The notes: generated from the letters alone by a model not told the origin. A stretch of DNA of 58,232 nt from Armatimonadota bacterium (GCA_016183865.1 JACPDT010000081.1:1-58232); one strand, 5' to 3'. Positions 35,419 through 43,817 are shown, numbered from the stretch's first letter. A program made the numbers and translations.

Positions 35419-36249
35419 TCATTCCCTTACAAGATCCACTCCCACATCTCTCGCCGTCTCCTCTGCAAGAGAAGTGACGATCCCGTCAGGAGGGACCGTG
35501 ATTCGCCCGGCTCCCTCCTTCTTCTTCTCCAGGATGTCATCCCGGGTCAATATGAAGCGAAGGCCGGCCGGTCCACCTCCAACCTCCCCCCGTCCATCTC
35601 CAGCCTTCCCACTGAGGGGGGAGGTTGAGTGGGGGACCGAGGAAGGACCCGACAGCTCTCTTACCAGATCGGATCTGGAAAAAAGGGCAATCCCGAAGGA
35701 GCCGATCTTCTCCGAATATCCCCTTACAAGCTCCGAAAAAGAAGGATATGGCCCTTTCAAAAAGCGCTCAAAATCATCGGTAGCGGCGAGAATGCGCTTT
35801 TCTTGCTGGATGGCTTCCAGAATCCCACGGAGAAAGCCATTGTCGCAGAACAGGGATGCGAGCCTCGCCAGAGATGCCAGGGACAGATGAGGCAAGACAA
35901 TCACAGATGCCTTGTCCAGAAGATCGCCGGTTATGCGCTCCACGCTGGAGATCTTGTTCCAGGCGGCCAGGGCGGAATCATCGTGGATCTTGATCAGAGA
36001 ATTGTCGGGATCGAAAGGCTGTGCGTGGCAACAGCCGCCGCATTTTCCACGGGCCGGCATCACCACCTGAAATCTCTTCCCTTGGCTCTCCAGGACTTGC
36101 AGGGAGGAAAAAAAATCTCGGGAAATAGAATTCCCCTCCAAAAGAATGAGGGGAACCGGACCCGCCTCCCCTGGCGGCGCCTTCCCGCGCCTCTCAAGCT
36201 CCCGCAGAACCTCTTCCGTGATCTGCTTCACCAGGGCGTCAAAATCCAA
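35419..36249 (-). CDS. BMC-locus protein of unknown function (276 aa) with an N-terminal encapsulation-peptide-like helix; possibly PduM-like
   Basis: It sits between BMC-H 1 and BMC-P 1. N-terminus is MDFDALVKQITEEVLRELERRG. Central part: LPHLSLASLARLA...ILEAIQQEKRI. C-terminus: ILTRDDILE...ITVPPDGIVTSLAEETARDVGVDLV. The PduM resemblance is from memory and weak. Confidence 0.55.
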   Translation of the reverse strand: MDFDALVKQITEEVLRELERRGKAPPGEAGPVPLILLEGNSISRDFFSSLQVLESQGKRFQVVMPARGKCGGCCHAQPFDPDNSLIKIHDDSALAAWNKISSVERITGDLLDKASVIVLPHLSLASLARLASLFCDNGFLRGILEAIQQEKRILAATDDFERFLKGPYPSFSELVRGYSEKIGSFGIALFSRSDLVRELSGPSSVPHSTSPLSGKAGDGRGEVGGGPAGLRFILTRDDILEKKKEGAGRITVPPDGIVTSLAEETARDVGVDLVRE

Positions 36250-36265
36250 GGCGCGCTCCCTTTAC

Positions 36266-36571
36266 TTATTTCTTGTCTCCCGCCTTTTCGACAGGGGGTG
36301 CGATAGGCAGTACTTTGTCCAGGTCGGAATGAGGGCGAGGAATCACGTGAACCGCGATCAACTCTCCCACCTTGCGGGCTGCCGCCGCCCCTGCGTCCGT
36401 GGCGGCTCTTACGGCGGCCACATCGCCCCTGACCAGTGATGTGACGAGACCTGCTCCAATTTTCTCATACCCGATGAGTTTGACGTTAGCGGCTTTGACC
36501 ATGGCATCCGATGCCTCGACCATGGCGACAAGTCCGCGGGTCTCGATCATTCCCAGTGCTTCATAGTTCAT
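36266..36571 (-). CDS. BMC shell hexamer protein (BMC-H) 1
   Basis: Start at ATG 36571 ([34 protein letters not shown]...), preceded by GAGGAGGGAACCT. The track ORF runs further 5' into era. Confidence 0.95.
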   Translation of the reverse strand: MNYEALGMIETRGLVAMVEASDAMVKAANVKLIGYEKIGAGLVTSLVRGDVAAVRAATDAGAAAARKVGELIAVHVIPRPHSDLDKVLPIAPPVEKAGDKK

Positions 36572-36669
36572 AGGTTCCCTCCTCAATGGTTGCTCTTCAG
36601 GTACATCGTCCTGTCTTTCGATAGAGGGCGTTCTTTTCCCTTCTATTTTTGCCGCGGGAGTTGGCGCCA

Positions 36670-37563
36670 TTATCCGAGCCATCGCAGCACCTCTTCTCTC
36701 TCTCTCCACCCGGGCTTCACCTTTACCCAGAGGGAGAGAAAAACCTTTTCTCCAAGCCATTTCTCCAGATCTTTTCTCGCATGTTCTCCTATTCTCTTGA
36801 GCATCTCCCCCCCTTTTCCCACAAGAATCTTCTTTTGGGATTCCTTCTCCACATAGAGAATTGCCTCAATGTATCGAACCCCGGGGGTCTTCCCCTCCCT
36901 CATTTCCTCCACCTGAACGGCAACGGAGTGGGGAACCTCATCTCTTGTTGCATATAATACTTTTTCCCTTATGATCTCTCCCGCCCAGGAACGCTCATCC
37001 TGCTCCGTCTTCTGATCCAGGGGAAACAACGGCGGACCTGGAGGGAGAAGTTCCGTAACGATGTTGAGGACCCTATCCACGTTCTCTCCGGTCAATGCGG
37101 AAACGGGGATCAGCTCCCTGAAAGGCGCCTCCCTGTGCCAGGCATCCATGACAGGCAAGAGGAGACTCTTGTCTTTGAGCCGATCCACCTTGTTCAGGAG
37201 AAGGATCGCAGGAACCTCACGAATACGTGCCCGGGCAAAGTTCAGAAGAGCCAGGTCCTCATCGCCGGGTGGAGAGCCCGCCTCTGCCATCAGAATAAGT
37301 ACATCGGCATCCCTGATCCCTCCTTTCGCAAAGCTCAGCATTCGCCTGCCAAGGGCGTCGCGGGCCTTGCCGAAACCGGGGGTGTCCACAAAAACGGCCT
37401 GAGAGGAAGGAGTAGACAAAATGCCGAGAATCCTACGGCGGGTTGTCTGAGGTTTCGGGGAAACGATCGTGATCCTCTGTCCCATGATATGATTCACGAA
37501 AGTGGATTTTCCCACATTCGGCTTCCCCACAAGAGCGACAAAACCGGACCGGAAATCGCTCAC
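36670..37563 (-). CDS. era: GTPase Era
   Basis: [18 protein letters not shown] (G1), PQTTR, DTPG, NKVD, and a C-terminal KH domain ([22 protein letters not shown]). Confidence 0.95.
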   Translation of the reverse strand: MSDFRSGFVALVGKPNVGKSTFVNHIMGQRITIVSPKPQTTRRRILGILSTPSSQAVFVDTPGFGKARDALGRRMLSFAKGGIRDADVLILMAEAGSPPGDEDLALLNFARARIREVPAILLLNKVDRLKDKSLLLPVMDAWHREAPFRELIPVSALTGENVDRVLNIVTELLPPGPPLFPLDQKTEQDERSWAGEIIREKVLYATRDEVPHSVAVQVEEMREGKTPGVRYIEAILYVEKESQKKILVGKGGEMLKRIGEHARKDLEKWLGEKVFLSLWVKVKPGWREREEVLRWLG

Positions 37564-38306
37564 TTTCCCTTGCGCCGGGCAAGCTCCTGGACGATGTATG
37601 AAGCCACCTGCTCAGGCACCGTACCTGCGCCGAAGCCCGCATCGTATCCCAGCTCCTTTGCGAGAGGATGGGTCAATCCTGGTCCCCCTGCAATCAGCAC
37701 GTATTTGGAGCGCTCACCGGAGGCATCCAGATAGTCCAGGAACCGGGACAAGGTGGCTCGATGAATGTCCTTTTGAGTCACCACCTGGGAAATGAGAAGG
37801 GCGTCAGGACATGACTGCCTGGCCTTTTCGACAAGGTCTGCAGGCGCGACCTGGGCCCCAAGATTGGATACCTCAAAATCGGGATAAGACTCCAGGCCCT
37901 TGTGGCCGGCATATCCTTTCATACTCAGAACGGCATCAATGCCCACCGTATGCGCATCCGTTCCGAGGCATGCGCCCATGACCCTGATTTTTCTTCCGAT
38001 TCTGGATCTCACAAACTCGCGAATCTCCTCATGACTCATGAGGACCACATCCAACTTGGAAACCTGCAATGAGGAGACGTCCAGGCTGTGTTTGGAGGCG
38101 CCATAGACAACAAGGAAAACAAACTCCCTCCCGAGACGTTTCGCAAAAACGACTCGCGGATTCTCAAGCCCCATCTTGAGGGCCAGCAGCCTCCCACCTT
38201 CCCTTGCCTGATCCACGTCATCCAGGGGGAGGGTAAAGCTGAGTTGGACCGCCCCATCCCCCATGGTATCTCCGTATGGTTTCACGCTCTTCAATCCGGC
38301 TCTCAT
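37560..38306 (-). CDS. kamE: Lysine-5,6-aminomutase beta subunit-like, B12-binding (KamE-like)
   Basis: 248 aa. KPYGDTMGDGAVQLSFTLP N-terminal domain. Rossmann B12-binding domain with GTDAHTVG (DxHxxG). ATGA overlaps on both sides. Confidence 0.75.
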   Translation of the reverse strand: MRAGLKSVKPYGDTMGDGAVQLSFTLPLDDVDQAREGGRLLALKMGLENPRVVFAKRLGREFVFLVVYGASKHSLDVSSLQVSKLDVVLMSHEEIREFVRSRIGRKIRVMGACLGTDAHTVGIDAVLSMKGYAGHKGLESYPDFEVSNLGAQVAPADLVEKARQSCPDALLISQVVTQKDIHRATLSRFLDYLDASGERSKYVLIAGGPGLTHPLAKELGYDAGFGAGTVPEQVASYIVQELARRKGK

Positions 38307-39880
38307 GCGAGGCTTGCCTCCGTTCTTGAGAAAGCCGCAACAAAGGGGTTGAGATACCTGGATGTCTTCACGAAGACTCCCTCCAGCCCTTTTCCTCCGA
38401 CCATGTTTCTGGATATCTCCGCGAAGGCGCCCTTCTCGATAGCTTTCATGAGGCCTGTCTGCCGGATTTCCCGCAAAAGCTCAACCGTGCTGTCCAGCAC
38501 TTCTTCGGCTCTTTTCACCATGCGCCCCGAAGGGTTGACAACGATTTCATCCCTGAGGTGTCGCGCACTATTAAAAATGTATCTGGCGTTTTCCAGGGCG
38601 AGATACCTGTCATGCATGAAAGGTGTGTGGAGGGCCTCAGTCAGAATGCCCACAAGATGAATGCTCTGCCCCGTCAGAATGGAAGTCATGTTGAACATGG
38701 CGTTCAGAAGGTGGCCCTTGAAAATATTGCCTGTCATATATTTTGTTGGAGGCATGTATTTGATCGGACATTGGGGAAAAATCTGGCGAACCAGCTCCGC
38801 CTGCGCAATCTCCCAGAGGAGTCCATCCTCAATGTCGGGATTCATCTCAAATGCGTGGCCCAGACCGATCCTCGCGGGCTTCATTCCCGCCCTCAGAGCG
38901 AACTGCTCGTTTATCAATTGGGAAGCGATCACCGTGTGACTCTGCTCATAGGCATCGGCCGTTGTCAGATAATTGTCTTCCCCTGTGTTGATGAACATAT
39001 CGGAAAAGGCAAGAATCATCCTGGAGAAATACTGGTCCACAAAAGTCCGCTGCATGTTGATGTCTCTGAACAGTATGCCGTACATGGAGTCATTGAGCAT
39101 CATGTCGAGGCGCTCCAATGCCCCGATCGCGGCTATTTCCGGCATGCACAACCCTGAGGAGTAGTTCACGAGACGAACATACCGGCCCGCCTCCTCTCCC
39201 GCCTCATCCATGGCCTGCCGCATGAGGCGGAAATTCTCCTGGGTGGCATAGGTACCGCCATAGCCTTCGGTGGTGCTTCCGTGGGGGACATAATCCATGA
39301 GGCTCTGGCCGGTGCTCCGAATCACTGCGATGCAATCGGCGCCCAGCATTACTGCGGACTTCGCCTGCACAATGTCTTCATGGATGTTTCCTGTGGCCAC
39401 AATCACATATAAGAGGGGCGAAGGACCCTCCCCGAGCCTTTTCAACATCGCCTCCCGTTCTCTACTGCGGCTTTCCAATGATTGGACCGCCTGCCGGATG
39501 TGGGGCGTCAGAGCTTCCTGAACCTCCGCCGCCTTTGGGGAAACTTCATTCCCCAGTTCTCTACGGCCGGCCACAACGGCTTCCGCAAGTTGCGGAACGG
39601 GTGCATCCTTTTCCAGAAGGGCTTGTCCGACCCAGTAAGCGACCCCATCTCCGAGAAGGTCCTTTTCCAGCAGTTTCTCGACAATAACATTCGCCCAGGG
39701 TTGTCCCTGGGGAGTGGCCTTATCCACACCCAGGAGACGCAGAATGGCCCGTTCCACACTCGCCGTGCTGCGGGCTTCTATGAAGGGAATCAGGGAATCC
39801 ACGATTCGAGCGGAAGAGTCCCTGGCCTCCTCAATTTTGGACTGGGAAAAGGGAAACAGCTTTTTCATAATAAGTGGCAA
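38303..39880 (-). CDS. kamD: Lysine-5,6-aminomutase alpha subunit-like (KamD-like)
   Basis: 525 aa TIM-barrel-size protein. STASVERAILRLLGVD N-terminal block and overall KamD size, paired with the KamE-like gene. Start is TTG 39880 or ATG 39868; no clear SD. Confidence 0.7.
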   Translation of the reverse strand: MPLIMKKLFPFSQSKIEEARDSSARIVDSLIPFIEARSTASVERAILRLLGVDKATPQGQPWANVIVEKLLEKDLLGDGVAYWVGQALLEKDAPVPQLAEAVVAGRRELGNEVSPKAAEVQEALTPHIRQAVQSLESRSREREAMLKRLGEGPSPLLYVIVATGNIHEDIVQAKSAVMLGADCIAVIRSTGQSLMDYVPHGSTTEGYGGTYATQENFRLMRQAMDEAGEEAGRYVRLVNYSSGLCMPEIAAIGALERLDMMLNDSMYGILFRDINMQRTFVDQYFSRMILAFSDMFINTGEDNYLTTADAYEQSHTVIASQLINEQFALRAGMKPARIGLGHAFEMNPDIEDGLLWEIAQAELVRQIFPQCPIKYMPPTKYMTGNIFKGHLLNAMFNMTSILTGQSIHLVGILTEALHTPFMHDRYLALENARYIFNSARHLRDEIVVNPSGRMVKRAEEVLDSTVELLREIRQTGLMKAIEKGAFAEISRNMVGGKGLEGVFVKTSRYLNPFVAAFSRTEASLA

Positions 39881-39914
39881 TTTGGTTCAAAGGGAGAAAT
39901 TTCCTTCTTCCCGA

Positions 39915-42701
39915 TTACCCTTCGGGAAATAGGAGAGAAACGGTCTTTCCGAGAGCCGTGCCGATGACCGGACAAAGGAGCATGGCGCCGGCAAGAGTCC
40001 CGAAGATCTCCCTCACATAAGGCCTGCCGGGGGCGCCCTTCATGGTCTCAATAGATTTGTGCTGCCTTTCCACATATCTTCCCATAAAACTCTCGAGGAG
40101 GGGGCTGGTCACTTCTCTTTGCTCAGGGATCTTGAAGTCGGCAGACCCGATGGCTCCATCCTCCATCAGATGGTAGCCCCTTTTCTCCAGGATTTCGCCA
40201 TACTTTCTCATAAGGAAATTCTCATCGCCCAGGATGGCGGAGGGATCGGAAAGCTCTATCCTCTTCCCCAGCATTCTTGCATTGAATTCGCTCAAAAGGC
40301 GATTCTGGGGCGGAAGAGGAACCATGGAGACACTGTCATCCTTACCGTCTTTCAACTGTTGAGCGAAATCTTTCCCGATCTTTTCTCTCAGCTTCCCGTC
40401 ATTCGTTTCCACCAGAACATCCAGGTCGGAATTCGCTCCCAATCTTCCCTTGGCAAAGCTTCCGATAATATACATCTTCATAGGATAACCCTTGGAATGG
40501 GAGAGAATGAATTTCACCTTTTCCGACAGCTCCGAGTTCAGGGCCTTGATGTGGCCGAAGACCTCTCCGTCGGTGAAAGGGCTTTTCAAATCTCTTTCAA
40601 GTTTGCCCTTCCATCTCTGGCGCTCCAGGCGGGAGAGGATTCCATCGGGATCCAGGGTGCTTTCTTTGCCGATCTCCTCCAGTGTTTTGCGGGAGGCGCC
40701 GTTAAAAAGATATGTGGCGATGTTTCCTTTCAGAAGATTGTGATCGGAATCGTTCAGATTCATCTTGCCCAGGATCCTCTCCGCGATCCGGCAGGCCAGC
40801 TCCCTTTCCGGAACATCCTCTTTCCCGGTTATCACGTATTTCCGGGACAGAATTTGTTTCAGGTCTTTCAGGACCTGAAGAATGCCGATCCTGGGCGTAG
40901 CCGGAACAGGGGCATCCATTGCGAGCCCCTCCTTCGGGCGGAAGCTCCTGGCCTCTGACACCTCCACATCCTTTACTTGCCAGTATTCCAGGAGCTTGTC
41001 AATCACATAGGGAAACGATCTGCGGTATTCCGCCTCATTCCACTCATTTTCTTTCATGTATTCGATGGTTTTCCCGCTCCCTGTTCCCGGGATGTCGGAA
41101 ACAAGGAGCGCTGTGGAAAGCTTCACATCCTGTCCTTTGGAGTTGGCCTGACATACCGCCTTTGCGATCTCCGCGGCCTCCACATCCACTGTTTCAAAGC
41201 CCCGGCTTTTCAGATTCTCCACCAGGTCCCGGGTCTCCATCAAAGGAGAAGACATCTTTGTATGGATGGTGGAGAAATGAATCAGGAGATCCTGATCCTC
41301 CCTTTCGACAGGCTCCGATGCGGCAAATTCCCCCAGACCGTTCGCGAGGCCGGGATTCGCCGCTCTTCCGTCCTTTCCGATGATAAGGGAAGGAAAGTAA
41401 AGCTCCCCGATCTTCGCGTCGGGCGTCAGAACTCCGGAATTCCCGATATGTACGATTTCCTTCGCACCGAAGGATATGGCCTTTTCGGCAACTTTCCCCG
41501 ACATGTCGCCATAAAGGAATCGTAGATTGAGAATCTTCTCCCTTTCCCCGTTCTCCTTGATCACGGTGAATATCTGGGAAGGGAGAAGAAGATCCGCCAC
41601 CGTTTCACCGGCATAGGTCTTTCCTGGTGATGCACCTTGAATCTTGAGACTCTCCCTGTCGAAAAGCTCGGAAATGATTTTCAAACAGGGGTTCTTGATG
41701 GAAAGATCCCTGAGGAATCCCTCGAACTCGGCCATTTTCGCCGTATTCAGGCCCTTTCTGAAGACATCTTCCCTTGAGGAGGAGAGGAGAGATTCATATT
41801 CCTTGCGGCTCTCCATGGCTGAAATCACGCTCTCTGCGGAGACCTTCTCCTCAGGGCTTGCCGCATCACGGGTTACCTGCTTGAGTTGCAGCATCATCCC
41901 TGAATAGGCATTGTCCCCGAACCTGGTTTTCAGAGCCTCCAGCTTGCGGCCATAGAGGGCTCTCCTGGTGAGCTCGGCCTTGAGGACTCCCCTGTAACCA
42001 ATGATGACTTTGGAAGGCATGGTTCCAACTTTCTTGAAGGCATTCTCAAGAAAGATGTCATAATCGGGATGATGGTCAAAAACGAGGACCTGCCCTGGAT
42101 CCACGCCCGACAGCCTCAACTGCAGTTGGTTATGGAGATTCATATCATCCCCCATGACCTGGGTAAGAGCATAGCGAATCTCTCCGGTCCGGGGCGAATG
42201 AGCGGAAAGAAGCAGATGCCCCCCCGCCGGAGCGCCTGATATCTCGGGAATCGAAACCATGCCGATACGGGTGAATCCCCTCTCATGAAGAGATTTCACA
42301 GCCTCAATATCGGTGCATCTGTGGATTTCAATCTTGCGATGGTGAGCCTTGGCGTCTTCCACAACCCACGAGGGGATGCGGGCAGCCAGATATTTCTCCA
42401 GATCATGTATGGAATGAGGCTGGTCTGTCGTTACTGACGCCACTTCGGGTGAATAGCCTTCCTGGACCGCGGGTTCTTTGGGTGTCCTGGCGCGGAAATC
42501 GAGGTTCAGCCTGGATAGAAGGGATTGCCCCCCATAAAGCACTCGTGCGCCCACGCTGAAGATTCTTGCTTCCCTGGAAGTGGAGGCTGCCCCTGCACGT
42601 GCGGAATCTTCGGCAACAGAAGGCGGGGGGTCCGCATTTTCCGAGCCTCGCGCCACCCTGGACCACAGGGAGCAGGGATTTCGCGGTTCAATAAGGTTCA
42701 C
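39915..42701 (-). CDS. Orphan 928-aa multidomain protein: unknown N-terminal region, nucleoside-phosphorylase (PNP/UDP)-like central domain, MNT-type nucleotidyltransferase motif, C-terminal TM helix
   Basis: PNP-like: FGAKEIVHIGNSGVL...GELYFPS and FETVDVEAAEIAKAV...TALLVSDIPG (compare the DeoD blocks RVGSCG and GVEMEAAGI...TVSDH). NTase: YIIGSFAKGRLGANSDLDVLVE. C-terminus: IFGTLAGAMLLCPVIGTALGKTVSLLF. Confidence 0.6.
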   Translation of the reverse strand: MNLIEPRNPCSLWSRVARGSENADPPPSVAEDSARAGAASTSREARIFSVGARVLYGGQSLLSRLNLDFRARTPKEPAVQEGYSPEVASVTTDQPHSIHDLEKYLAARIPSWVVEDAKAHHRKIEIHRCTDIEAVKSLHERGFTRIGMVSIPEISGAPAGGHLLLSAHSPRTGEIRYALTQVMGDDMNLHNQLQLRLSGVDPGQVLVFDHHPDYDIFLENAFKKVGTMPSKVIIGYRGVLKAELTRRALYGRKLEALKTRFGDNAYSGMMLQLKQVTRDAASPEEKVSAESVISAMESRKEYESLLSSSREDVFRKGLNTAKMAEFEGFLRDLSIKNPCLKIISELFDRESLKIQGASPGKTYAGETVADLLLPSQIFTVIKENGEREKILNLRFLYGDMSGKVAEKAISFGAKEIVHIGNSGVLTPDAKIGELYFPSLIIGKDGRAANPGLANGLGEFAASEPVEREDQDLLIHFSTIHTKMSSPLMETRDLVENLKSRGFETVDVEAAEIAKAVCQANSKGQDVKLSTALLVSDIPGTGSGKTIEYMKENEWNEAEYRRSFPYVIDKLLEYWQVKDVEVSEARSFRPKEGLAMDAPVPATPRIGILQVLKDLKQILSRKYVITGKEDVPERELACRIAERILGKMNLNDSDHNLLKGNIATYLFNGASRKTLEEIGKESTLDPDGILSRLERQRWKGKLERDLKSPFTDGEVFGHIKALNSELSEKVKFILSHSKGYPMKMYIIGSFAKGRLGANSDLDVLVETNDGKLREKIGKDFAQQLKDGKDDSVSMVPLPPQNRLLSEFNARMLGKRIELSDPSAILGDENFLMRKYGEILEKRGYHLMEDGAIGSADFKIPEQREVTSPLLESFMGRYVERQHKSIETMKGAPGRPYVREIFGTLAGAMLLCPVIGTALGKTVSLLFPEG

Positions 42702-42705
42702 TTGT

Positions 42706-43638
42706 CTATGGCCACCTCTGTATCACCCAGTCATGCTTCTTTGCCAGTTGCGTGAGGTTTTGCTCTTCCGGACCTTCATTCCTGGGATTAATCACAAGGG
42801 AAAGACCTGAGCTGAATGACAACATGTCATAATCGGATAGACTGTTTCCTGAAACAAAGTCAACACGATCCCCGATCCATTTTCGGATCGCCTCCACCTT
42901 CCCTGGGCCGTGGATGATGGGTGGAATGATCTTGTCTGTGAGGATGCCGTCTTGAACCTCCGTCTGCAACCCGATCACATGGTCGGGGGAGATCCCGAAA
43001 CGTGAAGCGCCCGCTTCGACGATCCAGCGATTGCTTGCGGAAACGATCCAGACATCCACCCCCGCCTCCCGAAGCCTGTGAACCAGCTCCTTTTGTTTCG
43101 GAAAAACATTTTGCTCAAAAGAAGAAAAATATTCCTTCGCCCATTGCGTGAGATCGGTCTCCGCGATCCCCCTCATCGCAGTCACGAGAAAAGCAAAACC
43201 CTCGCCCGGATCCCTGGCGACCAGTTCTTCATATTGTTTGTATATGTCCCCATCCCCAGAGTCGCCTTTGAGCTTTCCGTTCTCGATCAGCCACCGGGCG
43301 AACCCTTCCCCCACATCATTTCTCCACAGAGTTCCGTCGGCATCAAAGACCGCAATGGGCTTTTGAATCTGCCCTGATTTCACCTTATCGAAAAATGCCT
43401 CTAACCGCTCCTCTGCGATGGGATTCCAGGTTTCTTCATCCGTAACATAAGGATCCTGCCTTGGCCCGACCAGCCCCCGGAGAAGAGCCTCCGTAACAGG
43501 CATCTTCTCCCTGGTACCGAGGACAACCCTGTCTTCCATTTCGAGGCCCGCCCCTGAGAAGATGGAGGAAAACCCCGACCCGGAAACAGCGCCTTGAATG
43601 CCCCGCACGATCACGTCCCGACCTCCCATCCGACCCAT
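42706..43638 (-). CDS. HAD-superfamily hydrolase, subfamily IB-like, with a ~90-aa N-terminal extension
   Basis: Motif I is AVFDADGTLW. Also present: a cap-like insertion, VSASNRWIV (motif II region) and GNSLSDYDML (motif IV). The stop is 4 nt before the 928-aa gene start. Confidence 0.7.
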   Translation of the reverse strand: MGRMGGRDVIVRGIQGAVSGSGFSSIFSGAGLEMEDRVVLGTREKMPVTEALLRGLVGPRQDPYVTDEETWNPIAEERLEAFFDKVKSGQIQKPIAVFDADGTLWRNDVGEGFARWLIENGKLKGDSGDGDIYKQYEELVARDPGEGFAFLVTAMRGIAETDLTQWAKEYFSSFEQNVFPKQKELVHRLREAGVDVWIVSASNRWIVEAGASRFGISPDHVIGLQTEVQDGILTDKIIPPIIHGPGKVEAIRKWIGDRVDFVSGNSLSDYDMLSFSSGLSLVINPRNEGPEEQNLTQLAKKHDWVIQRWP

Positions 43639-43660
43639 ACGTTCTCCCTGCTTTGATGGT

Positions 43661-43689
43661 ATTATACCCTATAGGGTCGGGACATTCAA
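43661..43689 (-). promoter_or_regulatory. Near-consensus sigma70-like promoter in front of the HAD gene
   Basis: Minus strand: TTGAAT (43689..43684), 17-nt spacer, TATAAT (43666..43661), 22 nt before ATG 43638, with GGGAG as SD. Confidence 0.5.
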
Positions 43690-43817
43690 GTTCCAGGTAT
43701 GCTCCATTTTGTGGCCTTCTTGTAAACATAACAAGGCCGGGGCGCCCCACCATTCCTGGTAACCGTTCAGGGGGGCCGGGACCAGGGATCGGGGAGCGCA
43801 GAAAAAAACGTATGCCT

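Noticed and set aside
36572-36669. An imperfect hairpin (ATAGAAGGG...CCCTCTAT) in the era to BMC-H spacer, as a possible terminator separating era from the BMC locus.
   Set aside because: The stem is short with a bulge, and no U-tract follows. It is insufficient to call a terminator. I therefore leave read-through from era into the BMC locus as the default assumption.
36572-36760. A 63-codon N-terminal extension of BMC-H 1 that overlaps the 3' end of era.
   Set aside because: The canonical BMC-H N-terminus ([13 protein letters not shown]) starts at ATG 36571 with a strong SD. The extension is Arg/Ala-rich and overlaps era coding sequence.
39881-39914. GGTTCAAAGGG near 39886..39896 as a possible partial copy of the tRNA-Leu T-arm (GGTTCAAATCC), marking the far end of an island.
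   Set aside because: Only about 8 nt match, and in the wrong relative orientation for a direct att repeat. No integrase gene lies in between. Most likely chance.
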